A DNA stretch of 64,000 nucleotides from Paecilomyces variotii. Lineage: Eukaryota. A model generated the notes under the pieces. That model was not told where the DNA came from, did not search any database, and saw nothing but the letters and a program-made list of their open reading frames with translations. Shown piece by piece: positions 1 to 11,604 of this stretch. Location: assembly GCA_004022145.1 (NCBI GenBank), contig RCNU01000005.1. The stretch is one strand, 5' to 3'. Each line of letters starts with the position of its first letter. Positions within the stretch are counted from its first letter, which is position 1. The translations under genes were made by a program, and so were the position numbers.

Positions 1-3000
1 TCGGTTATAAGAAAAGTTTGGGTAAGATCAGCATGACAGCGATCAAATATTTTGGTGATTCCCGGTCCTACTGCATTGTATAGAGAACGAGATCTCAGTA
101 ACATCCTGAGACCGCCGTACGTCTTTTCCTACAAGAATTGTTCTGATATGTTTATACGGGAATAGAAGCCTTTTTAGTTACTAGATGAGTCACAATAAAT
201 TAATAACTAACTAGTTATTGGACTTTGAAACGGAATCAAGATTGAATTCTGCTTCCATCACGTGAGCTCAGATTAAAAAGGAGTCGTCACATAAGGTAAT
301 CCATTACAGCAGCCCAGTCTCTAGTGTCCAAGCTCCAATGGTTTACGCTTCCTCGTAAGCAACATCTGAGGAAAGAAGAGGCTGTGTATTGGCACCTAAG
401 GGATCAATCAGGGTGACCTACCGTCTTCATGGCTGTTTCTTGAGTTCTTCCAGGCTCTGAACCCAGACCTCGAACTTCTCTTGGAAATTGAATAGGTGGC
501 CTGCCCCAGAACGCAGTATTACCTGCGCCCCAGGCATATAGGAATAATCGGAGACATCTGTGAAGAGATTACCTAACGGCAACTTCGGCTTCCGAAAGCA
601 TCGGGAATGTTTCCAGGTGACATCGTAGACTAGTAACTAACTTCTGGGGCGAACCTCTTCTGTGTCTTCTAGAACACCATCCTCGCTGAGGCAACCTGCG
701 CGAGAATACTCCGTAAACCCGGCAACGGAGATTTGCTGCCCCGAACCTTGCCAGTAATGAGCCGTTCTTGCGTGCTCTGACAGATTCGGCCACACGCGTC
801 GACCGTGGTTGTTGGCTTGCACCGCCAGACGCACTACGCGATAGTGGCCGGAGTGGACACCGCCAGAAACGGGTCCCATCTGAGCTTAACACAACCTGAG
901 ATGCGTCTTCTATCTAGTTAGCTATCTTTCATCAGACGAAAAGCAGAGATCGTTCACAGCATCTTTCATCATTTGCACTTGGTACCCAGCTCTTTTCCGG
1001 ATCGGAATGACCTGCGACGAGAATCAATGACGAATCTGAAAAGGGGTCTTGAAAATCATGGGCTTCAAGCCAGAGCAACACTTTCTCCAATCCGGAAAAA
1101 TCAGCCAATTGCACCAAAGTGACCATTCTGGAGTGCAGTCGAAGAAGTAATATCTTCTGATGAACGGCATATTCTCTGATATCAATGAAGAATCAGGACC
1201 AAAGACATGCGTCCGGATATGCCCCTGACAGCTTGGATCGCGTCTCGATCGTATGAACCCAACCAGTCCACAACCAGGCGCTCTTGACAGGCAGACAATA
1301 GTTTTGGCGTGGGTAGTCGATGGAGACAGTTCTGATGAAGAGGAACAGACTAGGCGTCTCGGATATCACAAACAATGCCTCAATTTTATGTCGGTGAATG
1401 TCGCGTCCTAGCACACGGGAAATTGCCTACGGACGATGGCTGCAGATGTCGCCTTCGTCCAGTATACAATGGCAAGCGATAATTCCTAATATGCAGCAAG
1501 GAGCACCAAGCCCGCTCTGAGGTTCTGTCAGTCGAGGTATCGCCAAATTCACAGCTAGATAATTGGAGGGTCCCTGTCAGTTTGTCCTTGGGTGTATTGC
1601 CTCATACAACCAGAAGTTCCAGAAGGAAATCCCAGTCTAATGGGAGACGCCGTTCAGATGTTGTTTGCAACATGCATATGCGTACATCGGAGTTTGGAAT
1701 TTCGTCGGTCTTTCGCCAAGGTACTGGACAATGACCAGCACGCCAAGATTTGTCTCTTGAAGACCTTGTCTTTCTATCCATAACCAATGAGACATCATAG
1801 TAATATGATGTCCTCAAATCCTGATCTGTGGATCTGAAAGACTGTAGACGTCTGCTGGTTTAGCTGCCGAAGCAGATGCAGACCACAAGGACATAATTGA
1901 CTGTCGAACCCTCCAAACCGTCTATCATGACTGACTTCAGAATTGGCTCAAATGATCAAATTCTTCACTGGCCTCTGGTGCCGCGTTGGTCATATTTAGC
2001 ACCATGATGCCATGCGCAAAGTTTTCATGCCTGATATCTCTTTCCGTCCCCTGTGTCGCGTAGAACAACTCATTGCTTTCTTCGCGATAACTATCATCAC
2101 TATATCCGGGGTTACTTGATCACCTGTACCTGTGGTCTCCTATCAGCATCTGTTGCTCAAGGTATGTGGGAGAATACAGGCGATTGTCTCTTACCAAGCT
2201 TCTCACGTCAGTTGTGGGACATATTCCACCGTTAGCCAGCGGTGAAATGAACCATTCAAGACGATTGACGTACAACGACAATACAGTGCCATCACATTAT
2301 TTGAAATGGTTTGAACAACTAGCAATCACAGAATGGATTTTATCTCGTTGAATAGCGGCAACCAGGTCTCGTACCCGTTGAGTCCTTGGAAACAGAAATG
2401 GAACACTCAATGATCAGGAGAGGTTCGTTGTATGCTGCAGTCCAGTCTCAGCAGCCAGACGATGAAAATGGCATGGATAATATTTTGGTCAGTACAGGTC
2501 GACTATCTGGAGGCAAATCGATGCCTGAAGTGACAGGACACTTGTCGTTCTGTCACCGAAGTTCACGGTCGCAATTTGCTCGCAAGGTCCCCAGGAGGGA
2601 CAACACTGAGTGTATGTATGCACAACCACCCGGGTCCTCGAGTGTGAGGACGTGGACGACTCTCTCCTTCTGTCTCTTTTATTCCCTCAAAGTTGGAAAT
2701 GTATCTTTCATATTCCAAGATGGGTTTTCTGTCCTACTTGTCGCCCCTCCTCGAGGTTTGAGTCAGGGAAAGACCTCGCGGTACCAGTTCGTGGTGAATT
2801 TCGGCGACCATCACCCAAAGAGCCATTATGTGACCAAAGCAGGTTCTTAAATCTGTTACACTTTCGAATAGCACAGGATCTCGGCCTGGGTTTGCTGGTT
2901 GAGACCGCGGAAGTTGAGAATCTTCGTTCGAGCCTTCCATGAGAGAGCCAAGTCACCTTTCGCCCGACCCTAGGCCCCTCGATCCTCGATGAGAACGAAA

Positions 3001-4708
3001 ACCGTCAAGAAAGTACAAAAGCGGTTTGTATTCGAGGCTCACAAAGTACTAAGAGACAATCCTTACGACAAACAACTCACGACAGGAAAGCATGATGCCT
3101 GTTCTTTTTTATTACGCTGATGTTGGAAGGGTTTGGAGCAGTCCACGGCCGTTCTTAGGAGGCACGTTGGAACAATATCGGCTTTGATGACGGTCTATCT
3201 ATCTCTACCCCCTTCCCTCCCTTCTGACGGACGAGAGGAATGGTAGCCCACGATGGTTGCCGAAATGCACCTGGAGTGAGGGTACTGAACGGCTTATTGG
3301 ATGTCTTCGAAAGCGAATACGTGATGGAAGTATACATAAGACAAGAGGTATGTCCATATATCTCCTACGATAAGAAATTTTTTCTGGACGAGCCTCAAGC
3401 CTCAGACATCCGAATAACCTTCGAAAAGGTGCAGTGGGGAATACTGCTATATCTGAATTCACTGGCAGGAGTATAAGAGGTGATTGAAGAAGAGAATGGA
3501 TTTCTTTTGCTGACAACACGGAATCATAAACAGAATAGCTTCGGGATCTCGTTTGAACAATGGCTTACAGCGGATTGGACAATATCATCGGGTCTTTTAC
3601 GACTTGCCTACTACCGAGAAAAAAGCAAAACGAGAAAATGAAAAACCTTTTACGAGATGGAAATTGTGCCCCAAGAACCAACCTGAGATGATTCCTCTAT
3701 ACGACATAGAAAATTTGTCCTAGAGTGCACTATGTCCAAGTTCTCTCGTGGCGCTATACAGGGACGGGGACAGGGACATTGGTGTGGACCATTAAGTTAC
3801 CCGCCTAACGAGGCCAAGGACCGACCCTAGGTCGCATCGAGCGGCCGGAGCCGCGCTTTGCGTTAATATTTGTCTCTGAGCAGAGATCTTGAACGGAAAA
3901 TGATCCTTTTGATGGAGACTCGTGCTGAGGCCTCTGCCACTGAAACCGCTCTCTTCGACATCTGGAACGAATCTCTATTCCCACCGAAACTTGACCTCAC
4001 GGATTTGACCCCTATTTCAATCCCGTCATGCGAGTTGCTTCTCGGGATTTCATATAGGCCTACGGAGATTTATGAGGTTCAGGTATCCCACTCTTCCGAC
4101 GGATCCCCACAGCTCTTTTTGATACTTCCGATGGGAGTTCACGATCCACTTCGCCAAACTCTGGTGTTAGCGTGGGGCCAAGTCGACTTTTCACCCTGGC
4201 GTTCTCGTCGGTTTCAAGGTCTGACCAAGTTGCCAGGGTTGAGGCGGGTGGACAAGTCTGCCATCGGAGTCTCACTGGCCGTGCCGCCTGCGTGTGACAC
4301 AACCTATTCGGACAACACATGGAACAGCATGAATCCCGCGCTGATAATCTATCTGCCTCTTCTTACCCGGCCAATCCAAGACGGCTGATCACTGTTTATT
4401 ACACGAACTCGGGGAGTCTGATATCTGACGCGTCCTGTTCGAAGTTGCTGTCCTGGAGCGTGGCCCATGCTCGTGGTCCTGCTGGACAGCCACGAGGCTC
4501 TATCTGATGCGGGCCGAATGGGACACTAACCTAGTTGCTATCAGACCCATGCGAGTCTCGGTGCTTTCCTGCAGCAGAGATGTGGAGTTCCGAACTAACC
4601 TGAGCACCTCCACGCTACGGCACTCTTTCCACGTCATGCCGCTTCACTCTAAGGAGGGGGTCACCATCCGAGGTATGACTATTATCGCGAAAATCCCTGG
4701 GAAAAAGG

Positions 4709-4716
4709 TATAAATA
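4709..4716 (+). promoter_or_regulatory. TATA box of the metallothionein gene
   Basis: TATAAATA about 140 nt upstream of the ATG at 4852, followed by a pyrimidine/CA-rich leader ending CATCAATCAAC-ATG. Confidence 0.6.
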
Positions 4717-4851
4717 GGGACTCAAATCCCATCGAAACCATCTTCCTTTCTCTTCATCAAGCACGCCCGACAACTCTTCAAGCCTGCAACTATCCATCTA
4801 CTCCAATCACCAACAAGTCTCTCGACTTATACAAACCACCCATCAATCAAC

Positions 4852-5043
4852 ATGAACCCCTGCTCCTGCAACTGCTGCTCCGGCAACTGCAACTCCTGCA
4901 GCTGCTCCCAGTGCAGCGTAAGTACATGTCATGAATTCTTTCCTCGTTGCCCTAGATGCAATACAGTCCCTCCCAGCTCGCTGGCGGTCTCTTTGGATCA
5001 CTGATAGAGAAGCTGGGCTAACATCTATCGTCAACAGCACTAA
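4852..5043 (+). CDS. Small fungal metallothionein, 23 aa (MNPCSCNCCSGNCNSCSCSQCSH); exons 4852-4917 and 5038-5043
   Basis: Manual translation gives 8 Cys in CxC/CC motifs. The intron has a GTAAGT donor at 4918, a GCTAAC branch point and a CAG acceptor at 5035-5037, followed by CAC TAA. Too short for the ORF track. Confidence 0.85.
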
Positions 5044-6060
5044 ATATTCATACACGGCACTCCTTCTGCCTTTCCTCATTCCGTTCGGCGCCTAAGTTGA
5101 CTTCATGTCTACTGCCGTATTGACCGATCGACAACCATGAGTCACCACGTCAAAGACAACACCGACAATTCAAATCAACCTGTCAACATTTCGCTCGCGG
5201 TTGGCATAAGCCGGTGCAAGGAAGAATTTTTCGAAGTCGATGAGGGGCCAGATACCAGTGGCGTCGATGGATGGGAAATAATGGTGCCTCTGTGATACCT
5301 GTCAATATACCAGTAGAAGGACAATGAAATGATATCCACATCGCCCAAAACCGTTCATTATCACGCTCTGGGCATATGCAAAATCAGCATAGCCTGTCCT
5401 TTCCCTGAACATACAACTGATTTCTGTAGAAATTTCACCACTCTCTTCCACCACTGCTGCTGACATTGCCTTGTATTCGAAAGCAGCCATGCCTTGTTGA
5501 CATAATCCTCACCAAACTGGCACAGCAGTAGTTATGACCCTGTTGAACGATACGGATATGTCTATACTCCCCGTAAGATTTAAAATAATACTCAGCAGCC
5601 AGACAGGATGTAATTATGTAGTCTCGTCTCGCCTGTTCCTCCCTCCAGTCTTGGCACCACGGCTCGACGATATCTCGTCATAGTCAAAATCAAACCATTC
5701 GGCCAGGAGCGAATAGAATAGGGGTTCTCTGTTTTTGTGTGTTGTTTACAATCTGGTTTATATTTTATATTATCATCGACAGATTTGTATTTCAATTGAT
5801 CATTCCACGTATCTTATCTTTATTGATTTCACCTACTACTTTAGATATAGTAGTAGATGTTATCTCTTTTTCTATCGTTATCTCTACTTTCCACTTATCA
5901 TTTACTGCACTCTTAAGAGTGGGGATTCGTAGTGAAAAAAAAAAAAAAAAAGATAAAAATAAAGTAAACGAAATAAGAAAGATGAAGGAAGATATTATAT
6001 TATATATTACTCCCATCTATAATTCCATACCCACCATAATCGCCTTGGTGTTGATAACTC

Positions 6061-7590
6061 TCATTTCATCCCCGACTCATAATTCTCTTTATAAAATTCC
6101 GCTGCACCTTCCCCTGCGATTCTTCCAAAGATCACGCACTCCAATAACGAAGAGCCACCCAGTCGATTATCACCATGGATCCCGCCAGTGACTTCGCCCG
6201 CTGCCCAGAGGCCGCGGATCGGCTGGTTGGTTTCTTTGTCTAGGACCTCGCTACGCTCGTTGATGGCGACGCCGCCCATAGTGAAGTGTACGACGGGGGT
6301 GACTTTTCCGACATAGACGACCGAGTCTGCAGTCACGTCTTTCAGCGTCCAGTGGCCGAAGTGTTGGCGGCCGAATGGGTCTTTGGTCTTTCCGGAGGCG
6401 GCGTCCGCGTATGTTTGGAGAGATGATATGGCTCCGGGACCGAGGTTCTTGACGATTTCTTTCCGGAGGAGACCTTTCCACGTGTAGAAGTCGATGGAGG
6501 AGCCGACGGCTGCGGCGGAGCCTTCGTCGAGGACGATGCTGAGGTCCCATTGTTGTAGGGTGGTTGTTCCTGTTGTTGGAGATGCGATGTTTCTGATAAT
6601 GTTTGTTATATATTCTCTCGTCCCGAGCTCGTTGACGAAACGACTACCGTTTGGTAGGAGAAGGATGCCACCTTCGCCTCGAAGTGCCTCAGCTGCGAGG
6701 AACTTGACTGGAGACGAAGGAGAGTTCACATCCACGAATCCCGTAGGATGAACCTGCACACGGTCCATATCAAGCAATCTTGCCCCAACTGCCGTCAGAA
6801 GAGGTTGAGACCCTTCCCGTGGCTCATTTGTAGACGGAAATCCAGCTAGGTCAGGACGATATTTCGCAAGCATCCCATGCGAATCGCCCGCAAAGCCACC
6901 ACTCGTTACCACGACTGGACCTACCAGGGTATCTGTCTTGCCATCTTCGCGTGTAAACCCCACACCCTTGATCTCGTCTAATTCCCGGATGATATTCGTC
7001 ACCTTGCAGTTCGTATGAAGATGAAACTGCGAATTGGTCTCCAGCGAGTTCAAAAGAGCCCCAATGATCGATCGACCCGGTGGATTGGTTCCAGCACCAC
7101 GATGGGTTCGTGGTCGACTATGTCCTCCCAATTGACAGACTTTGCTCAGATCGACTTTCTTCTCGTCCGCGAGCCAGTACACCGCGTCTGCAGATGACTT
7201 TGTCAGAACTGATATCAGACTCTCTCTAAGGAGACGATCCGGATCTCCTTGGCTGATAGCTGCCCCTGCAGACTTGATCGTGTCGTCGTAGAAAAGATTA
7301 TCAGGTTCCGGTTGGAATCGTGTCGGGGCGCCATTGATCCCCGAAGATGCCTTGATAGCATTTCCTCCCGGCTTGGACATTCTTTCGAGCATGTGCACGG
7401 GGACGTTGTTCGTGACGAGTTGACTCGCGGCTGCCAGACCGGCGAGGCCCGAACCAACCACTATCACGCATTGTTCTCGCAAAGCTGGCGATGTGGTGGT
7501 CATGTTGAAGAATCGTCGCGTGAAAATGTTTGGAAGGAGAGGGATGATGATTGAGAATACCAGGAGGGAATATAAGCCAATGCGGCTCAT
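6061..7590 (-). CDS. osm1: FAD-dependent fumarate reductase / flavocytochrome c flavin subunit, Osm1/Frd1-like, intronless
   Basis: 509-aa ORF with VIVVGSGLAG FAD motif, GGNAIKASSGING, LGGHSRPRTH, QVHPTG, EALRGEGG, HFTMGG and GGIHGDNRLGGSSLLEC; hydrophobic N-terminus. Confidence 0.9.
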   Translation of the reverse strand: MSRIGLYSLLVFSIIIPLLPNIFTRRFFNMTTTSPALREQCVIVVGSGLAGLAAASQLVTNNVPVHMLERMSKPGGNAIKASSGINGAPTRFQPEPDNLFYDDTIKSAGAAISQGDPDRLLRESLISVLTKSSADAVYWLADEKKVDLSKVCQLGGHSRPRTHRGAGTNPPGRSIIGALLNSLETNSQFHLHTNCKVTNIIRELDEIKGVGFTREDGKTDTLVGPVVVTSGGFAGDSHGMLAKYRPDLAGFPSTNEPREGSQPLLTAVGARLLDMDRVQVHPTGFVDVNSPSSPVKFLAAEALRGEGGILLLPNGSRFVNELGTREYITNIIRNIASPTTGTTTLQQWDLSIVLDEGSAAAVGSSIDFYTWKGLLRKEIVKNLGPGAISSLQTYADAASGKTKDPFGRQHFGHWTLKDVTADSVVYVGKVTPVVHFTMGGVAINERSEVLDKETNQPIRGLWAAGEVTGGIHGDNRLGGSSLLECVIFGRIAGEGAAEFYKENYESGMK

Positions 7591-8693
7591 TGTACGAAGT
7601 CGTTAAAGTTCTATCAGAATGGGTTATGTGTTGTTGTTATCTGTCTTCCCGAAGATAACCTTCCACATGATCTCAGTCACCATGGGAATCTAAAGTATCC
7701 CCTCCCTTCTCACATGGTTGAGTGGATTCCGATAGGATGATGATGGCTTGATACTTGGGATGGGAGTAGCCGTCATCCGTTCGGAAGCAGCCTGGGCTTC
7801 ATGGCGTGACAGTTCTCCTCAACATCAACTAACTTAAACCCCAACATCGAGAAAGGTATTTTTGTTTTTATTGCCGCGAAATATTCAAAGCTGGACATAG
7901 TAGTAATCGACTCGAAACAGGATGGTTTTTTGTTTGTTATGTTGTATCCACCACATGCATATATGGTCCATTAGCAAGACCGATGAAATACCGAGGAAGC
8001 CTCCTCCATATCCAGAATGAAGAACAAATCATTGTTTTACGGAATATAATCAAATCTATAACTAGCCAGATTCATTGAATCTTTCTCCTTCTCCTATCCT
8101 CGCTACGTATGTACAGTACAATAATATATCCAATTTGCAGATCATCCGACCCTTCAACACACCGTCCGAATCTAAATTTAGCCCGAATAATAATGTCTTG
8201 AAGAAAAGATGATCGTCAAACTTCCCCCACTTTCCGCCGGGCCGTAAATAGCCGAGCGAGCAGTTCCAACATCGTTTCAACAAAGTAATAATATTTAAAC
8301 ATAAGGATCTACGTGGAGTCATGTCTAGATTGCAATTTGTGTTTTCAGGGTCATGATTTAGACTTGAAAGCAAAGAAGAACTTTTGGTTGTCTAGAATCT
8401 AGTATTCTAAGTGAATAAAAAGGGGCAATAACTAAGTCAACTGAAGTAAAAGAAACGAAAAGGGGGGAAAAAAAGAAGAGAACTATCTAGTTCTACCCAT
8501 GTAAGTAAGTAGTCTATATGTCTATTCTATGCCATATGAACCCAACTGAAGCCATAACAAATCTTGAATAGAACCTGCGCCATTCTAGCCATTATCAATC
8601 ACCTTCTGGGAAAAAATTTAGACCATCTCTCAGAGAAAGATTATTTCGCCATTGTCGGAAAAGTTTAAAACCCATCGACCGCAACGCCATCAT

Positions 8694-10010
8694 TCACACC
8701 CAACCAAGGCGTCTTCCGAAAAACCCGATCCCACCTAACATAGTCGTAACGCCGGTGAATACAATCAATATACCATATTTGCTGCCATAGCCATAGGAAA
8801 TCACATTAGTTAAAGGCGGTGCAGTCAGCAAGGCCTCGCTTAAGGGTCCAGAGAGCACGCCCCCTACTCCGCGACCTGCCACTAGCAGAGCATAAACTAG
8901 CCCAGGCTCCGCGGAGTAATGCTTTGCTGTCGTCTCGCGCATGATTCCCGGCCAGATGGAGCTGAAGCTCCCTGCGAAGAAGCCGTACAGACAGGAGAAA
9001 GTGCATAGGATGGCAGCTAAGCCTGAAAAGCCCCAGAGGAAAACGACAGATGCAGTCGCGCCGACGGTGGAGAATAACATGACGGTCGTTACGTCCCATT
9101 GATCGACTAAGAACCCGATGACAACTGAGCCGAAAAATGCACCGCCGTTCAGAAGTACCACGCTCGCAGTGGCGATTTCGTTGCTGAATCCCAGCGAGCG
9201 CGCATATAGAGGAAGGTATAAACTGGGGAGGAAATAGCCCAGACTCTCCATGATACTGCACAGTTGCAGTGGCAAGAATGGTCGACAGATGACGAATTTC
9301 ATATTAGGGATCTTCGAAGCAGAGACGGTTGAAGGAGGCACGCGAGGCTTCATGAAAGGCAGCACGGGGCATAGAAGAATGGTACTGGCGACTGCCCATA
9401 TGCGGAGAGTGGTGCGGAAAGAGAAATGTGACAATGACCAGGAGATGAATAGAGGAGCCGTGACCCCAGAACATCCCGTACTTGCCCACGCAATACCAAA
9501 AGCTAGCCCCTTGCGATGGACGAACCACTCGTTGACGAACAGCATTGTCGGGTAAGACATCATACACGCGCCAATGGCGTAGAGAAAGCCCTGTGTCAAG
9601 ACCAGTTGCCAGACACGCGTAGCAAATGAAGCTGCCACCAAAGCCAGAGAAGATATCAAGCAGCCCAGGATAATGGATCTGCGACGGTATCGTGGCCACT
9701 GTCGGAGCGCAAACAGACACAGTGGTGAACTGAGATAGAGGACCCCAAGGGTCACGGTTCCAATCATCGTTACCCCAGCGGGGTTATCATCAAACTGCCC
9801 ATTGTTGGAGTAGTACTCCTGGAAAACCCCAGAAGTGAAAGGGAATCCCCAGACGAGTCCCTCAATGACGAAAGTTCCCACTAGGACGAGCCAAGCATCC
9901 TTTCCACGGTCTACGGGCGGAAGAGACTGGCCGACGAGATCTTCTGATTCTGGAAGACTGTCGTTGATACCTTGCTCGGACAGCTCGTTGCTCTCAGTGT
10001 CCTCAATCAT
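8694..10010 (-). CDS. MFS transporter, monocarboxylate transporter (Mch-like) family, intronless
   Basis: LPPVDRGKDAWLVL, WGFPFTSGVFQEYY and EWFVHRKGLAFGI motifs with about 12 hydrophobic segments; first in-frame ATG (MIEDTES) at 10010. Confidence 0.88.
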   Translation of the reverse strand: MIEDTESNELSEQGINDSLPESEDLVGQSLPPVDRGKDAWLVLVGTFVIEGLVWGFPFTSGVFQEYYSNNGQFDDNPAGVTMIGTVTLGVLYLSSPLCLFALRQWPRYRRRSIILGCLISSLALVAASFATRVWQLVLTQGFLYAIGACMMSYPTMLFVNEWFVHRKGLAFGIAWASTGCSGVTAPLFISWSLSHFSFRTTLRIWAVASTILLCPVLPFMKPRVPPSTVSASKIPNMKFVICRPFLPLQLCSIMESLGYFLPSLYLPLYARSLGFSNEIATASVVLLNGGAFFGSVVIGFLVDQWDVTTVMLFSTVGATASVVFLWGFSGLAAILCTFSCLYGFFAGSFSSIWPGIMRETTAKHYSAEPGLVYALLVAGRGVGGVLSGPLSEALLTAPPLTNVISYGYGSKYGILIVFTGVTTMLGGIGFFGRRLGWV

Positions 10011-11604
10011 CGCGAAATGATAGTAGGTTTGGCTATCTGCAAAGAAGAAGTTAGAATCGATAAGAGACAAAAGATCTTCATGACCAGAGACACGGGATGG
10101 AGCAATAAATACCAGTTTCCTTTTATTTTTTTGCAAAGCGGAGGAAGGGAGTTGGTTCGTGGGTTACGTATTATTGACTTGTTAATGGTGCGGCCGACCA
10201 ACTCCAACGCTTATGCAGCCTGTCGAGGTCTGGCCTGGAGGTACTCAGGCCACCGCCAGCTCCTGGCTTGACCGCTCAGCCTTGTGTAGGACCAAAGTGT
10301 GATATTCATAGACTATTTGATCCACTTCGTCCACTTCTTTCCACTTCATCCCATGACCTCTGTGTCGAGACTCGAACTGTTTGTGGCGTGCTGTCGACTC
10401 CTCCGCAGCGGAACGAGATAAGTACTGACGCGACTGTGCTAACTTGCCCAAAAAAATCAGTATAAGCTAGAAGTATAGCAGTATAGCATATCAAGAACGA
10501 CAAAGGCCCAGACTTCTTTGTCCAATCTATTACGTTATAGTTACAGGAGTTGCAGTGCTGTCAATTCCTCCCGGAACATCCGCTGGTCGTGGCATTGCAT
10601 ATAGTAGCTGGGATCTGCATGTTGTCGAGATGCAGAAAGGATCAGATACGAAGGAAAAAGAACAATAGGAAAACAGAGCTTCCCATGAAGGAGATCCGTC
10701 TCCTGAGATTCTAGAGTCATTACTAGTCTTTTCAGCTTCGGGAGATCTACTTCTCGCTATGTCGCATCACTCTTCTTCATCGACGAACTCCTGGATCGAA
10801 CGAGACATTCGGGACAGTCTGGCGTGTCAATAGTGCATGCAGGGTCTTGACGGGATACTCGAACGGTGGATGAGTCCCACCAAAGCTCTGCTCGGTACTG
10901 TGGCCGACGCTAACTATAAGTTCGAGGAAAAGGGCCCACGTGGTCTGGTTCAGAAGCACTGTTTCTCTAGGGATAATAATGCTTGATAAAGCAAAAGAAT
11001 GCGGAGGCGAATCTCGACAGCTATACTCCAGCCCGACCGGTATATACATAAAAGCCTGACCCAAACTGCGCGAGCCGGAAAGAACTACATCAATAATAAC
11101 AAGCACTGAAGACAACACTATGGCAATCTGTCTAAATTCTGCTGGACATTAAAATGTCCGCTCTCGTGTACGAACAACTTACTGTACAGACGTCAAGGGG
11201 CAAGGAAAAGCGTGCGGGTATGTATGAAGAATCAAAAAGAAGGACAGGAGGTCGGCCTAATTATTTGACAAGAATAGTATGTGGGCAACGTGAGAACGCA
11301 AAGTGGTATAATGTAAGCAAATGATGCCCACGCGGTATCAAATAGAAAGATCGTGATCGGTACGCCGTGAAATTAGGATGATTGTACAAGGACCAATAAA
11401 GAGTCGGGAGAGATATAGAAATCGGATGAAAACAACAAGGGGTCAAAACACATCATTCGCTCGCTTGGGGGGAAATAAACAGATGACTAGTCAAAACTAT
11501 CAGGCAATTTGATCTGACATCTACCTCCAGAGCTCTCTCTTCCGGGTAAATATGCAAAATAAAGCAAAAACTTAGTTGACAAAGGAAATGGGCATTGATC
11601 AATC

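Noticed and set aside
5700-6191. AT-rich ORFs on both strands (5735-5932, 5739-6191, 5792-6016)
   Set aside because: Low-complexity AT-rich DNA with a poly-A run, overlapping the osm1 3' end and showing no motifs. A NUMT or RIP origin cannot be supported without a search.
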